In this document: one piece after another, positions 21,370 through 32,682 of the stretch
Numbering within the stretch: position 1 is the first letter of the stretch
Layout of the letters: the number at the start of each line of letters is the position of its first letter
From: an uncultured Nitrososphaerales archaeon
GTDB lineage: Archaea > Thermoproteota > Nitrososphaeria > Nitrososphaerales > Nitrososphaeraceae
NCBI GenBank assembly: GCA_963841565.1
Contig: CAWJCY010000006.1
Coordinates: forward strand, 160,001 to 224,000
Reading direction: 5' to 3'
Length of the DNA: 64,000 bases
The notes under the pieces: generated by a model
The model's input: the letters and a program-made list of their open reading frames with translations, nothing else
Database searches by the model: none
Told to the model about the DNA's origin: nothing
Position numbers and translations under genes: made by a program

Positions 21370-22230
21370 TCATATCCTATCCATCGCATCTTGAACCTGT
21401 AGAAGTGCAGAAATAATCTGCTCGGCGTCGACCGAAGACAACCGTTTAGTATTTACGAAGGGATCAATTACTCCCGTTTTTTCATTCTTAATAGTCCCAA
21501 TGTCCACGTACATGGCAACACCAACTTCTCCCTGCATTAATTTATTGTAATCAATTAAAACCGGTGAAACCTGGTATAGTTCTATCACGAGGTTCTCCAA
21601 TTCTTTGAATAGTAACTTCCTTTGATAATCAATGTTAAGGAATTGAGGGAATTCACTCTCAATCGACTCAGCTTTCTTCACTAGGTCACCATAGAGTCCT
21701 TCATTTTCAAGTAGGTTCTTAAATAACTCTTCCTCACTCATGTTCCCAAGCTCCCTAAATGACAATTCCTCCTTTATCATATTATTCGCTTGCTGAGATA
21801 TCTGGGAATAATATCGAATGCCTTTCTCTTCCAATTCTCGGAGATTTCTTTGTATGTCAAGCACTTTTTTATTTACCTGATAATAAGGTAGAGTATGAAA
21901 TTGAACTCCAAAATACCCTCTGACATCATACTTGCCCACAGATTTCCTAAATTCGCAATAGATCCTATTCAAATCCTCAATTTTGGACCGTGATATGCCA
22001 TAACTTTGCCACCCAGATAGGGATCGTATCAAGCGTTCGTAGAATTTCGAAACTCTTTCAAGATCAAATGTAGGTGATTGCGTCACAGTCCCATCTGCGA
22101 GCATAACGTTTACCTCATGCATCGAGATATTGGAAGAGATAGAGCGTAGGAAACACTCTCCGACGCGATAGTGAATGGAATTTATTTCTTGAATATTACT
22201 ATTGTTAGTATCCTTTAAAGGCAACCTCAT
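21370..22230 (-). CDS. Hypothetical coiled-coil-rich protein
   Basis: Uninterrupted 286-aa ORF. Confidence 0.7.
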   Translation of the reverse strand: MRLPLKDTNNSNIQEINSIHYRVGECFLRSISSNISMHEVNVMLADGTVTQSPTFDLERVSKFYERLIRSLSGWQSYGISRSKIEDLNRIYCEFRKSVGKYDVRGYFGVQFHTLPYYQVNKKVLDIQRNLRELEEKGIRYYSQISQQANNMIKEELSFRELGNMSEEELFKNLLENEGLYGDLVKKAESIESEFPQFLNIDYQRKLLFKELENLVIELYQVSPVLIDYNKLMQGEVGVAMYVDIGTIKNEKTGVIDPFVNTKRLSSVDAEQIISALLQVQDAMDRI

Positions 22231-22356
22231 AACGAGTTCAAGGCTATTATTTTACTGCAGATACTTATAATTCAATTGCGTTAATCGGGATTTAATCTTA
22301 CGCGGTTAACTCAAACTAGTCACACAACTGCCAGCCCCAGCTGCTATTGGTGATGT

Positions 22357-23106
22357 CTAGGACATAACAAAGAGTTTGTATTAGTTCCCGGTTATTCTAT
22401 TTGTATATTTCCACTCGTCGACCTGTGACGTAATCTCAGAAAACTTTTTTCTCAAAGTAGAATCTAACTCAAAATACACGTCCTCACCAATTGTAATTTG
22501 ATCGGCTTCCGTAATGGAGGTCATCTTGGAGGCTATGCTCATGCAATATCCCAGGATATCGACTAACGAACTCTTGTCTTGTCCATATAATACAACCACA
22601 TTCTCTCCTTCGTCAATTCCTATTTTTACACTCAACTCAGGATAATCATATTGATTTAGGATTGGATTAATTCCGTTCTTAACCACACTCAAGATAGACC
22701 GAGCACATCTAACTGAATTCATACAAGCAATGATCCTGTTTGAGGTTGAAAGAAAAAATGCAATAACCGCATCACCAACATACTTTAATACATACCCACC
22801 ATGGCTCTGTATTGCAGAAGTCACTTCGTATGAAAACGCTCGTATTATGGTAACGAGTTTGTCGACGGGCAATGTCATGCTCATATTGGTAGAACCGACT
22901 AAGTCGACGTACATAATTATGAGCCGTATCTTAGAACTGGCATGGTTAAGAAGATACCCTTTACCGGCCTCGAAACTAGTATCATACTCATGCAATCTCT
23001 TTAAGGCCTTTCAGACTCGGCGCTGAGATTGAGTGATAAGGGCTTCAATTTCATTGCCACTCAATTGAGGATTTTCCGATCGGTAATAAGCATCATCAGT
23101 CGGCAA
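22357..23106 (-). pseudogene. Class III adenylate/guanylate cyclase interrupted by in-frame stops (pseudogene or base-call errors)
   Basis: YVDLVGST, KYVGDAV, KIGIDEG and DILG motifs; TGA at 23011-23013 in RRV*KALK (expected Trp) and TAA at 22381-22383 before YKLF. Confidence 0.75.
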
Positions 23107-23269
23107 GGTGCTAATTTCTTGTGAAGTAAGACGGTCATATTACCTTATTCCGTTATCAGAAACAGTGGAATCATCGTCGTCGTACAGTGAAAGGCAGCAT
23201 GTGGTATCCCCTCTCGCTATGGCAAATGGTAAGGAGAAGCATATAAGACTCTGATACATTCAACGTTGT

Positions 23270-24103
23270 GTGGTTGAATTAAGCTTAGGTCATACTCCTG
23301 ACGCTGATGATGCATTCATGTTTTATGGGATTGCATCAGGCAAGGTGAATAGCGGTGCGTTTGAAATCAAGCACGTAATAGAGGATATTGAAACCCTTAA
23401 CAATAGGGCATTGGATCACAAACTTGATGTCACTGCGATTTCAGCGCATGCATATGCATACCTGAGAAATTACGTTATCTTGAGCTGTGGTGCCAGTTTT
23501 GGCCTAAATTATGGTCCAGTGATTATTTCAAAGAAAAGATTCACAATTCCTGAACTCAGTCATACCACGATTGCCATACCTGGAAGAATGACCTCAGCAT
23601 ACTTGATTTCAAGGATTGCATTAGGGAACTACCCTTACATTCAGATGCCTTTTCACAAGATACCAAGTGCTGTAAAGGAAGGAGAAGTGGATGCTGGTTT
23701 GGTAATTCATGAAGGGCAGATCACTTTTGATGCATATGGTCTCTTAAAGGTCCTAGATCTAGGAAGATGGTGGAGTGATATCACAAATGGTCTGGCAGTT
23801 CCACTTGGAATAAACGTGGCCAATTCAAAAACTATGTCAGATTTCCAGATTAAGGAATTTGAGCATTTGTTTAAAGACTCTATCCTTTACGGGCTTAGCC
23901 ATTTTGATGACGCAGTGGACTATGCCATGACGTACAGCAGAGGTCAGGCCAGAGACGTGATCGGTAAATTCATAGGAATGTACGTAAACCGGCTAACTAT
24001 AGACATGGGAACAGAAGGTATTGTATCGATCCAGAGAATGTTTGAACTGGCATCTAATAAAGGAATCCTGAAGGAAAATATCTCAAGTTTGATCAAAGGT
24101 TAG
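23270..24103 (+). CDS. mqnD: 1,4-dihydroxy-6-naphthoate synthase
   Basis: LGHTPDADDAFMFY, GLVIHEGQ and YVN motifs; next to mqnC/mqnE. Confidence 0.88.
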   Translation: MVELSLGHTPDADDAFMFYGIASGKVNSGAFEIKHVIEDIETLNNRALDHKLDVTAISAHAYAYLRNYVILSCGASFGLNYGPVIISKKRFTIPELSHTTIAIPGRMTSAYLISRIALGNYPYIQMPFHKIPSAVKEGEVDAGLVIHEGQITFDAYGLLKVLDLGRWWSDITNGLAVPLGINVANSKTMSDFQIKEFEHLFKDSILYGLSHFDDAVDYAMTYSRGQARDVIGKFIGMYVNRLTIDMGTEGIVSIQRMFELASNKGILKENISSLIKG

Positions 24104-24195
24104 GTGAAATCTGTTGAAAGGAATGATACCCTGGTGGTATACATGGCCAATATTAGAAGGGTCCAAAAATATAGGAAGATATTCCCGAATACTAG

Positions 24196-25296
24196 TCAAA
24201 AACGCTTGAGAATATTGAAAAATGTATCCCTTTGTGCAGGTTGTCTATTAATTTCACCGACTAAATTGATTAGCTCCTCTGTTGAAGTTATATTATGCTT
24301 TCCCGTTGCTTTGAATATTTCCTCAGAGAAAGCTGTCCCGACTAGGTCGTTGCCACCGTAATGAAGCGCGACTTGGGCTAACTTCTTTCCAAGGGCTATC
24401 CAATATACAGAGATATTGTTTAGTACGTTTGATAGTAGGATCCTCGAAACCGCTATAACTCTTAGGTCGTATGTCGATGGACTTTCTCTCTGGATCATAT
24501 GGTTCTTCTCAAGTTCAGTATTTTCTAGGCTAAATTTTAGGGGGATGAATGTATTAAAGCCGTTGGTATTCTTGTGTAACTCTCGGATCCGAATGATATG
24601 ATCAACGATGTGTTCAGGTTTCTCAACATGGCCAAAAAGCATCGTACAATTGCTCCTCAAGCCTATTTCGTGGGCTTGGCGGGCAGTATCAAGCCATTCC
24701 TCACCGGAACATTTCCCCCTCACAATCAAATTTCTTGTTTGCTCGTGAAAAATTTCTGCACCGCCCCCGGGTAATGCGTCCAGGCCAGAATCCTTCAGTC
24801 TGCTCAGTATTTCCTTTACGGAATTCCTTGTCAGCTTGGAAATGAAAAAAATTTCAGCTGGTGTGAGTGCTTTTACACATACATGAGGGAATTCCCTTTT
24901 AATAGAAAGGATCATGCGTTCATAGTAATCCAGTCCCAACTTCGGATGAAATCCTCCAACAATGTGCAATTCCGTGGCTCCCAATTCGTTCACTGCTATT
25001 CTAGCCCTTGCGATGAGTTGTTCAGTGGTAAGGGTATAAGCGTCTCCCTCTTGACCCTTTCTATAAAAAGCACAGAGTGGACAACTTGCGGCACAGATGT
25101 TTGTATAATTGAGATAGTACGAACAAACGAATGTTACGGTATTTCCGCTATTTTTCTTGCGTAAATTATCTGCAACCGCTCCCAGTAAGAATAGGTTCTC
25201 TTCATTCATGAGTTGCATTCCATCACTATGTGATAGTTCTTCGCCGGTCATCGCCTTCTCGAGTGCAGGGGTTACTCTTTCAATACCTTGTTGCAA
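24196..25296 (-). CDS. mqnE: Aminofutalosine synthase (radical SAM)
   Basis: CAASCPLC, ELHIVGG, LPGGGAEIF, TMLFGH and VYW motifs. Confidence 0.85.
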   Translation of the reverse strand: MQQGIERVTPALEKAMTGEELSHSDGMQLMNEENLFLLGAVADNLRKKNSGNTVTFVCSYYLNYTNICAASCPLCAFYRKGQEGDAYTLTTEQLIARARIAVNELGATELHIVGGFHPKLGLDYYERMILSIKREFPHVCVKALTPAEIFFISKLTRNSVKEILSRLKDSGLDALPGGGAEIFHEQTRNLIVRGKCSGEEWLDTARQAHEIGLRSNCTMLFGHVEKPEHIVDHIIRIRELHKNTNGFNTFIPLKFSLENTELEKNHMIQRESPSTYDLRVIAVSRILLSNVLNNISVYWIALGKKLAQVALHYGGNDLVGTAFSEEIFKATGKHNITSTEELINLVGEINRQPAQRDTFFNILKRF

Positions 25297-25600
25297 TCTA
25301 GTTGACTTATGTCAGTGAATGTCAATATAAAACCTATGCAATGCTCTGCTATCAAATAGGGACAATATTTTCTTCGGTCAATTGTCAGATCTTCTTCTTT
25401 TATTTTTAGCGCCTTGAACCGTTCGAGTAGAATTAGAATGCCACGGCATTATATGGCCTCTAAAAGGTTCGTCTCCATCCATTGAATTTGGAGTATAGTA
25501 GAAAGCGAGCTGATTGTGATATGGGTATGTTGTTTGTTAATTCATTAATTCTGGGGTTTGTAACGAATAAATAACATCATTAATTCACATATCATGTATA

Positions 25601-26731
25601 TTGAATAGCGCGACCGGGTTTGCTCAGAACTTGATCAACAAGTCAGATATTTCAGATATCATATACAACGTTCTTGATGGAAGTCGTCTTAATTTAAGCG
25701 ATTATCTTAGACTCTTGGAATCTGAGGATGTTTATTCTCTTGGTATTTCCGCCAATTATTTGCGCAATAAATTATTTGGCAATGATGCCAGCTTTGTTAG
25801 TAATATAATACTTAATTATACCAACGTATGTGTAACATATTGCAAATTCTGTGCATTCTATAGACCTCCTGGACATTCGGAATCATACTCATTATCTCTG
25901 AGGCAGATACTAGAGCGTGTGAATGGGGCTAAGCAGGCATATGGCATAACTCAAATTCTTATCCAAGGTGGTCATAATCCAAATCTTAGGGTCGAATATT
26001 ATGAAGAAGCATTTAGAGAAATAAAAAGGCGATATCCTGAAATCGGTATCCACGGTCTTTCTGCGTCTGAAATAGATATGATAGCGAGGGTAGAGAGAAG
26101 CAGTACGAGAGAAATTCTTCACAGATTAAAGTTAGCTGGGCTTGACTCGCTTCCCGGTGCAGGTGCAGAGATACTGGACGATAACGTAAAATCAATAATT
26201 AGCCCATTGAAAATTAAGACTGATGAGTGGTTAAGAATCATGGAGGAAGCTCATAGTCTGGGAATTAGGTCTTCCGCTACAATGATGTACGGCACAGTGG
26301 AGACGACAGAGCAGAGGGCGAATCATCTACTCTTAATTGCGAGATTGCAGGAAAAGACGCAAGGCTTTATGTCATTTATACCATGGAGTTTTGAGCCCAA
26401 CAAAACTGAAATGCAAAATGACGGTTCTGTGAGGTATTCTTCAGGTGGATTGGGCTTGCTAAAGATGATTGCGATCTCTAGGATAGTCTTCTACGGGTTG
26501 ATTAATCATTTGCAGTCCTCATGGCTAACCAACGGAATAGGTATGGCCCAGCTGGCCTTGAATTATGGAGCTGACGATTTCGGAGGGACACTTATTGGAG
26601 AAGAAGTTGTTAGCGCTACAGGGGCAAGGTCCACAGAATTAACCGCAAGCAAGATAATAGAGTCCATAAAACAGATAGGATATAGACCATGCGAAAGGGA
26701 CAACTACTATAACATAATTAGGTACTTTTGA
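25601..26731 (+). CDS. mqnC: Cyclic dehypoxanthine futalosine synthase (radical SAM)
   Basis: CVTYCKFC, LIQGGHNP, ATMMYG, FIPWSF, QSSW and GADDFG motifs. Confidence 0.88.
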   Translation: MNSATGFAQNLINKSDISDIIYNVLDGSRLNLSDYLRLLESEDVYSLGISANYLRNKLFGNDASFVSNIILNYTNVCVTYCKFCAFYRPPGHSESYSLSLRQILERVNGAKQAYGITQILIQGGHNPNLRVEYYEEAFREIKRRYPEIGIHGLSASEIDMIARVERSSTREILHRLKLAGLDSLPGAGAEILDDNVKSIISPLKIKTDEWLRIMEEAHSLGIRSSATMMYGTVETTEQRANHLLLIARLQEKTQGFMSFIPWSFEPNKTEMQNDGSVRYSSGGLGLLKMIAISRIVFYGLINHLQSSWLTNGIGMAQLALNYGADDFGGTLIGEEVVSATGARSTELTASKIIESIKQIGYRPCERDNYYNIIRYF

Positions 26732-26861
26732 TTGATTGTTCCTTCCTCTAGGACTTTAGCCATATTATATAACATTTGATATTGTCAATCGAGTTAAGAC
26801 AGTTGGTCAAATAAGCTTAGAAGTACCTTTAAATTGTCTATAAAGATCAAGTCTTATCATC

Positions 26862-28259
26862 ATGCCAGTAGGAATCGATGATCTGGCTATCTACGTTCCT
26901 AAGCTCTATGTAGATTCTAAAGAGTTTGCGGAGGCAAGGGGAATAGACCCTCAGAAGCTAGAATTTGGTATTGGGATTCGGAAAATGGCTATAGTTGATG
27001 TTAATCAGGATCCGGCCTGTATGGCGGCCAACGCATGTCTAACATTAATGGAGAAGAATGGTTTGCAACCCCAAGATATTGGGAGAATGTATGTAGCAAC
27101 CGAATCAGGACTTGACGAATCAAAAGCAATGAATTCTTTTGTGATTGGGATGCTGGAGCAGGTTTATGGTGAAGGTTCTTTTGAACACGCAGGAGGAATC
27201 GAGTGCAAATTTGCATGTGTAAGCGGATCTTATGCTCTATATGACAATGCAAATTGGATACGTGCCGAAGAAAATAATGGTAAAGCTGCAATTGTGATTG
27301 TAAGTGATATTGCCAAGTACGATATTGGTTCGGCTGCTGAGTACACCCAGGGAGCTGGTGCAATAGCCATGTTGATCAAGGAGAATCCTAGATTGTTGGC
27401 CTTCGATCAAAAGGTCACGTCGACTATAATTAGAAACGAGTATGATTTTTACCGGCCATTCGGAAAAGAAACGCCTTTGGTCAATGGGAATTATTCAAAT
27501 CTACTATATCTGATACAGGTCAGGAAGGCCTTTGACAGTTATAAAGAAAAGGCATTGAGGTATGGACTAATTGATCTAAAGGAAGGAGAATCCATTACGG
27601 ATCATATCGATCTAATCAGTGTTCATCTACCATACAGACGAATGGGTGAGAAGGCTTTGGCATATCTCTTAAGACATGAGTGGAGGAACCTTCCTAGATG
27701 GAAAGAAGTTATTAACGAAGTAGGGATAGAAGAGCCTTCTCCAAAAGATCCCAGGGGAACTATTGAATCTATTCTGGCTGATACAGAATTTATGAAATCA
27801 GATGAGAGGTTCCGGAGATTGTTTATGCAAACAACCCTTTACCACGAGGCTTATGAAAAGAAAATGGCGAGCTCTTTGGAGGCTTCCGAATTGATCGGCA
27901 ATCTATATACTGCTTCAATGTATATGGGGTTCAGAAGTTCGTTAGAGTTTGAATATAAGAGGGGAACTGATTTAGATGGCAAAAGGGTAGGCTTCGGTTC
28001 GTATGGTAGCGGTAGCAGCGCAATGGTTTTCAGTGGTGTAATTCAGCCCGCCTATAAGGAAATAGTATCTGAAATGAATCTAGAAGAGGAGATCGGCGCT
28101 AGGATGAAGCTTTCAATGGATGAATATGAAGGATTACACAGAGGGATAGGAAGGGGATTGTTCGATTCTATCAATCATAGCATTAAGGAATTTGTACTGA
28201 TCAAAATAGGAGGAAAGTCGACGGAAAAAGCCGGTTTACGGGAATATGCCTATACGTAG
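26862..28259 (+). CDS. mvaS: Hydroxymethylglutaryl-CoA synthase
   Basis: VATESG, ECKFAC, EYTQGAGA, HLPY, GNLYTAS and SYGSGS motifs. Confidence 0.93.
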   Translation: MPVGIDDLAIYVPKLYVDSKEFAEARGIDPQKLEFGIGIRKMAIVDVNQDPACMAANACLTLMEKNGLQPQDIGRMYVATESGLDESKAMNSFVIGMLEQVYGEGSFEHAGGIECKFACVSGSYALYDNANWIRAEENNGKAAIVIVSDIAKYDIGSAAEYTQGAGAIAMLIKENPRLLAFDQKVTSTIIRNEYDFYRPFGKETPLVNGNYSNLLYLIQVRKAFDSYKEKALRYGLIDLKEGESITDHIDLISVHLPYRRMGEKALAYLLRHEWRNLPRWKEVINEVGIEEPSPKDPRGTIESILADTEFMKSDERFRRLFMQTTLYHEAYEKKMASSLEASELIGNLYTASMYMGFRSSLEFEYKRGTDLDGKRVGFGSYGSGSSAMVFSGVIQPAYKEIVSEMNLEEEIGARMKLSMDEYEGLHRGIGRGLFDSINHSIKEFVLIKIGGKSTEKAGLREYAYT

Positions 28260-28596
28260 ACATTTTTGGTCTACAGATATTAAGTTAGCCTATTGTCCAA
28301 TTTTTGCAGGTGGTTTTTGTCAGATATTATTATTTTAAATAAATGACTAGCCCTACTTTGTAAAAAAATAATAAGATTGACATTTTATGACTACTCCACT
28401 CGCTACTTTGAATATATACTAGTCCTTAGGCACCTAGTTCAGCTTGAAATTCTTGTACCGCAGAGCATACTGTTGCTTTGAGGACAGGCTATCGCATTAA
28501 GTATCTTGGATAAGAGGAGATATACACATGAAGGATTGGATTAACACGACTAACATGATTCTATACAATTTCAAATGGATGGGCTCATGTTAAGGA

Positions 28597-28779
28597 ATGG
28601 GTCTCATTTCTTCTTTACTTGTGCCATTTCCCATGTCTCTGGCTCTAGCTTCGGGAGCATTTATTGCGGTTAATTTTGTGATGACTGATCTAAGGATATT
28701 AAGTAAGAATATTAGTACATTCTTTTTGATCCGTGCTACTTATCTTCAAACACGTCGTCGTCATATGATCAGAGTATGA
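28597..28779 (+). pseudogene. Possible degenerate small membrane protein
   Basis: Hydrophobic LLVPFPMSLALA segment; an in-frame upstream part (MILYNFKWMG) is cut off by TAA. Confidence 0.3.
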
Positions 28780-29464
28780 TAAAATACAATTTCATAAGAT
28801 GCGGTAATAAGCATAAGGATATATCGTGGTCAATTTGCAGTTCAAAGATGAAAAGACCAGGATAAGAAAAACTTCCAATATTATTTGTAAATCCTTATTT
28901 TTCTATTGCAGATAGTACTAAAATCGAACGATGAGGTGGGAGCTTAGTGCTTGTACACAAACTTAGGTAACTCACGTCTCGATGAGTGTCTACAGTTATT
29001 AGCTTCGACGCATAAGATGGAAGAAGTTGCTCTTGTAATCATTTAGCTTATACACATTACAAAAGTTAGAGTGCAATAGTGTCTGCAACTCAATGCTGTA
29101 ACAAAATTTGAAAGATGTAATCTCAAGTGATTGGGCGGGTTTGATTTAGTCAGTTTAGCACTTTATACGCCTAATTTAATAATATAAAATGTATTTATTG
29201 ATTCTGAAGATCTAGCAATCATTGTTCCTGTCGGAGTAGATCTCTCAAAAAACTGTCACTAACCAGGATATAGATATTCAACAATATCAATGAAGAGTCC
29301 CTCGTTTTGATTTGATAACGCTTTGAGTGAGTAGGTAAGATATAATAGATGCCACCCAATCTACATGATAGTCGAAAGAAATTATAGAGTTCTTTAAGCA
29401 TATTAAAGAGGACCGAGATCCAAAGCACTATTCATCGTTCGCGACTAGATATTAAATCTGATAT

Positions 29465-30217
29465 TTATCTAATTTCATCAAACTCACCTTTGGTTTTTTC
29501 CAAGAAATGCATAAATTTCCTATCAGAAGCAATAAGACCTTTCATTGAACTTTCCAATTCATATAGCGAAACTCTTGCACTATCATTTTCCACAAGTGCA
29601 GAAGAAATGGTTAATAGATTTGACTCACTATACATTAAGGCCACCTTCACTGCGAGAACCTTGATTAATTCCTCTAATTCATAACCTAATGAATCGTCTC
29701 TCCTATCATGACTTTCCGGTTCGGATTTTAGAGGGAAATTTTGATTTGTCAATATTCTTGCACATTCAGTCAAATACTCAGTAATTGCCTCATAAAATCT
29801 AGCAGTGCCTTGACTTATCGTTTTAGTTTCAAAATACGGAAATACAAGCGTTTTGAGAACGGTATTTAGACTATAATTTAGGAGTAGCTGAGGAGGGTAG
29901 ATCAGCTTGTTCGCAAAAATATAGAGCAAACCATGAGTAGTAAACCTATATATCATACTCCCACCAAAGACTTTTCTCTGTTCTTGATTTTCTTCCACAT
30001 ATCGAAGCTCAATAAGCCTTTTTAATACCGCATAATCATTTCTTTCTTGGGAATTTTGCTGGCGAAATCTAAACTTTGATGATGATGATGCGATTCTATA
30101 AGTTGATCCTTCAGAGTTGATTATCCTGTAAATTAGTGCCTTTTCGTTACTGGGTATATCTCGAAGCTGAAAATCTCCTGTCGTATTTATGAGTTCTCTG
30201 TAATCCATTTGGTGCAC
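29465..30217 (-). CDS. Hypothetical protein (wHTH-like N-terminal half)
   Basis: LKRLIELRYVEE...YRFTTHGLLY wing-like pattern; 3' end may be frameshifted. Confidence 0.65.
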   Translation of the reverse strand: MHQMDYRELINTTGDFQLRDIPSNEKALIYRIINSEGSTYRIASSSSKFRFRQQNSQERNDYAVLKRLIELRYVEENQEQRKVFGGSMIYRFTTHGLLYIFANKLIYPPQLLLNYSLNTVLKTLVFPYFETKTISQGTARFYEAITEYLTECARILTNQNFPLKSEPESHDRRDDSLGYELEELIKVLAVKVALMYSESNLLTISSALVENDSARVSLYELESSMKGLIASDRKFMHFLEKTKGEFDEIR

Positions 30218-30519
30218 TTTTTCAATAGGTAGTTACTCCTAACAGTAGTTGACAATTGAATTAAAATGTATCTGCCCTAGAGATTCCAATATATGAAATA
30301 AGGTTCGCATGATTGCTGATACACTACAAGCACTAGAACTATTTTGATATTTTATAGTATTGACGCCTGAATTTCCGTGCGATCATATTGATCCTCAAAA
30401 TTAGAACAGAGTAGCTAATGGTTTCCTGCTTTCTGAGTTCATGGGTTAATCCAACACGCCTGCACAACTGGATGAAAGTTTAAAATAGGTTATAAACTGA
30501 TTTTTAAGATGTACTGGTT

Positions 30520-30948
30520 CTAACCGGTTGCGTTTTCACTTTCATTTTTTATACTATCAGCCTTCAACTTATCAGAAAATGAAACCAACTTGCCATGATC
30601 TTCGATTTTTATAGTGGTGTTCATTCTGATGTTCAATCCCAACATGCGGAAAAGTGATAATAATTCTCCTCCTGATATCTTCTGCTGTATGTCTCCTCTT
30701 TCTATTAAATCGAGTATGCGATTCATTACCGCTAGGGTTTGTGATGGAAATTGAGATTCAGCGGCAGATAAAACCTCATCCCCTCTATCATAAATATACT
30801 TGAGAAAAGTCTGTTTCTTTGACTTTTCTATAGATTTGGATTCATCTTGGATTTTTCGTCGCTTTTCAGTGGCAGCAGCTTGCTCCCTGAGCTTCAACAT
30901 TTTTCGAGCTTTTATGATTTCTAAATCTGGATCTTCTTCTGACTTCAA
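30520..30948 (-). CDS. PDCD5/TFAR19-like dsDNA-binding protein
   Basis: DPDLEIIKARKMLKL start and ISGGELLSLFR; overlaps the rtcB stop. Confidence 0.7.
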   Translation of the reverse strand: MKSEEDPDLEIIKARKMLKLREQAAATEKRRKIQDESKSIEKSKKQTFLKYIYDRGDEVLSAAESQFPSQTLAVMNRILDLIERGDIQQKISGGELLSLFRMLGLNIRMNTTIKIEDHGKLVSFSDKLKADSIKNESENATG

Positions 30949-32426
30949 CCCTTCATTACACCTAACGGGACTAATCTTGCCACTTTCGTTGCAATTCCTA
31001 CAGAATGAGAAATAGTAGCGACTCTATCGACGTCTTTGTATGCATACGGTGTTTCCTCCACGACACCTTCTTTAGTTAGAGCTTTGAGATAAATACCTTT
31101 ATCTGTGAGATTTTTTCTGACATCATCCAAGGAATATGCTCGCTTTGCGGCCGATCTCGACATAGTTCTTCCAGCACCATGAGCGGTAGAGCCGAAGCTC
31201 AAATCAAGTGATTTTTTATTGCCTAGTAGAATCCAACTGGCAGTTCCCATAGATCCAGGTATGATAACTGGCTGACCCACAGCTCGATATTTTTCAGATA
31301 CTTGATGCATTCCTGCTGGGAACGCCCTAGTCGCGCCTTTACGATGAACCATTAAATCACGTGTTCCCTCGCCATTAACATCGTATCGCTCTACTTTGGC
31401 AATGTTATGCGAGACATCATAGACTAGTTTCATATCTAGCGCTTGTTCACTCATACCAAACAGCTTTTCAAATGTCTTTCTTGTCCAATGTGTAATTAGT
31501 TGCCTATTGCACCAAGCAAAATTGAGTGCAGAATACATTGCTTTCCGATAGCTCATTCCTTCCTGGGAGTTATTTGGAACACAAGCCAATTCCCTATCAA
31601 CTAGTTTTAATTCGTACTTTCTTGCAATACTTTCAGAAAGGCGTAGGTAATCGCTGCATACTTGATGCCCAAAACCTCTAGATCCACAATGAATGAGAAT
31701 TGTCACTTGGCCTATTTCATTTAAACCCATAGCAGCAGCTGCCCTTTCATCAAGGATTTTATCTATCTTCTGAATTTCTAGAAAGTGGTTTCCAGAGCCT
31801 AGACTTCCTAGCTGGTTCATGCCTCTCTTCTTAGCAGTCTCCGAAACACTATCTGGATCAGCTCCAATCATCCTACCTCCCTCCTCACAAACCTCAGCGT
31901 CCTCTTCACTACCGTACCCATTTTCAATAGTCCATTTCACACCTTCAACGAGAAATTCATCAAGGCTAGATTTCGTTAATCTGATCGAACCTGTTTTTCC
32001 TACGCCAGAAGGTATTGTCTTAAAGAGTTCATCGACTACTTCCTTGATTCCTCTCTTTGAAAGATCCTTTTCAGTCAGGTTTGTACGGATCAGTCTTACA
32101 CCGCAGTTAATGTCGTATCCGACTCCTCCGGGACTGATGACGCCTTCGACCAAATCCGTTGCAGCAACCCCTCCTACAGGAAATCCGTAGCCCTCGTGAC
32201 CGTCAGGGAGAACCACGACATGCTTTCTTACTCCTGGGAGTGTGGCAACATTAGCAGCTTGATCGATCGTTCGATCTGTAACCATCTTGGAAATTAGAAG
32301 ATCGTCTGAGAAAATGGTAACTGGAACATTCATTCCTTTACTTTCATTCTTTTCGAGCCGGAATTCAAAATCATTAATCTTTTGAATTTTATGATTGCCA
32401 TGCTTGGTAAATAATTCACCCATCAC
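30945..32426 (-). CDS. rtcB: tRNA-splicing ligase RtcB
   Basis: PDGHEGYGFPVG, GYDINCG, GSGNHFLE, HRKGATRA, PGSMG and HGAGR motifs. Confidence 0.97.
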   Translation of the reverse strand: MMGELFTKHGNHKIQKINDFEFRLEKNESKGMNVPVTIFSDDLLISKMVTDRTIDQAANVATLPGVRKHVVVLPDGHEGYGFPVGGVAATDLVEGVISPGGVGYDINCGVRLIRTNLTEKDLSKRGIKEVVDELFKTIPSGVGKTGSIRLTKSSLDEFLVEGVKWTIENGYGSEEDAEVCEEGGRMIGADPDSVSETAKKRGMNQLGSLGSGNHFLEIQKIDKILDERAAAAMGLNEIGQVTILIHCGSRGFGHQVCSDYLRLSESIARKYELKLVDRELACVPNNSQEGMSYRKAMYSALNFAWCNRQLITHWTRKTFEKLFGMSEQALDMKLVYDVSHNIAKVERYDVNGEGTRDLMVHRKGATRAFPAGMHQVSEKYRAVGQPVIIPGSMGTASWILLGNKKSLDLSFGSTAHGAGRTMSRSAAKRAYSLDDVRKNLTDKGIYLKALTKEGVVEETPYAYKDVDRVATISHSVGIATKVARLVPLGVMKG

Positions 32427-32554
32427 ACAAGCTTCATTGCAGGTTGTTATTATAAGCCTTGCTTAGGTAACTCAAATTATATGATGCATATATCACTGGT
32501 AAAACACTATAACATAGAAATAAATAGCCATTGCTTGCGAGCGTAAATATATGT

Positions 32555-32682
32555 GCGGTCATCGTATAGTTTGGTTAGTACACTGGCCTTCCATGTATCC
32601 TAAGATACGAGGCTAGCCCGTAACCCGGGACTCGATCTTTTATCAAGATAGGGCGGGAATTCAAATCCCGGTGACCGCACCA
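32555..32682 (+). tRNA. tRNA-Gly(TCC) with two introns (32594-32614 at 37/38; 32630-32659 at 53/54) and encoded CCA
   Basis: Acceptor GCGGTCA/TGACCGC and anticodon TCC at 32590-32592. Removing both BHB-like introns restores CTTCCAA and CCGGG-TTCAAAT-CCCGG. Confidence 0.9.

Noticed and set aside
23011-23013. TGA read as Trp or Sec in the cyclase gene
   Set aside because: TGA terminates many intact genes here and Trp is TGG elsewhere; the same gene has another premature stop; a TTCC to TTTC boundary error or pseudogenisation explains it.
23270-28259. mqnD/mqnE/mqnC plus HMG-CoA synthase as a novel biosynthetic cluster
   Set aside because: Explained by the known futalosine menaquinone and mevalonate pathways.
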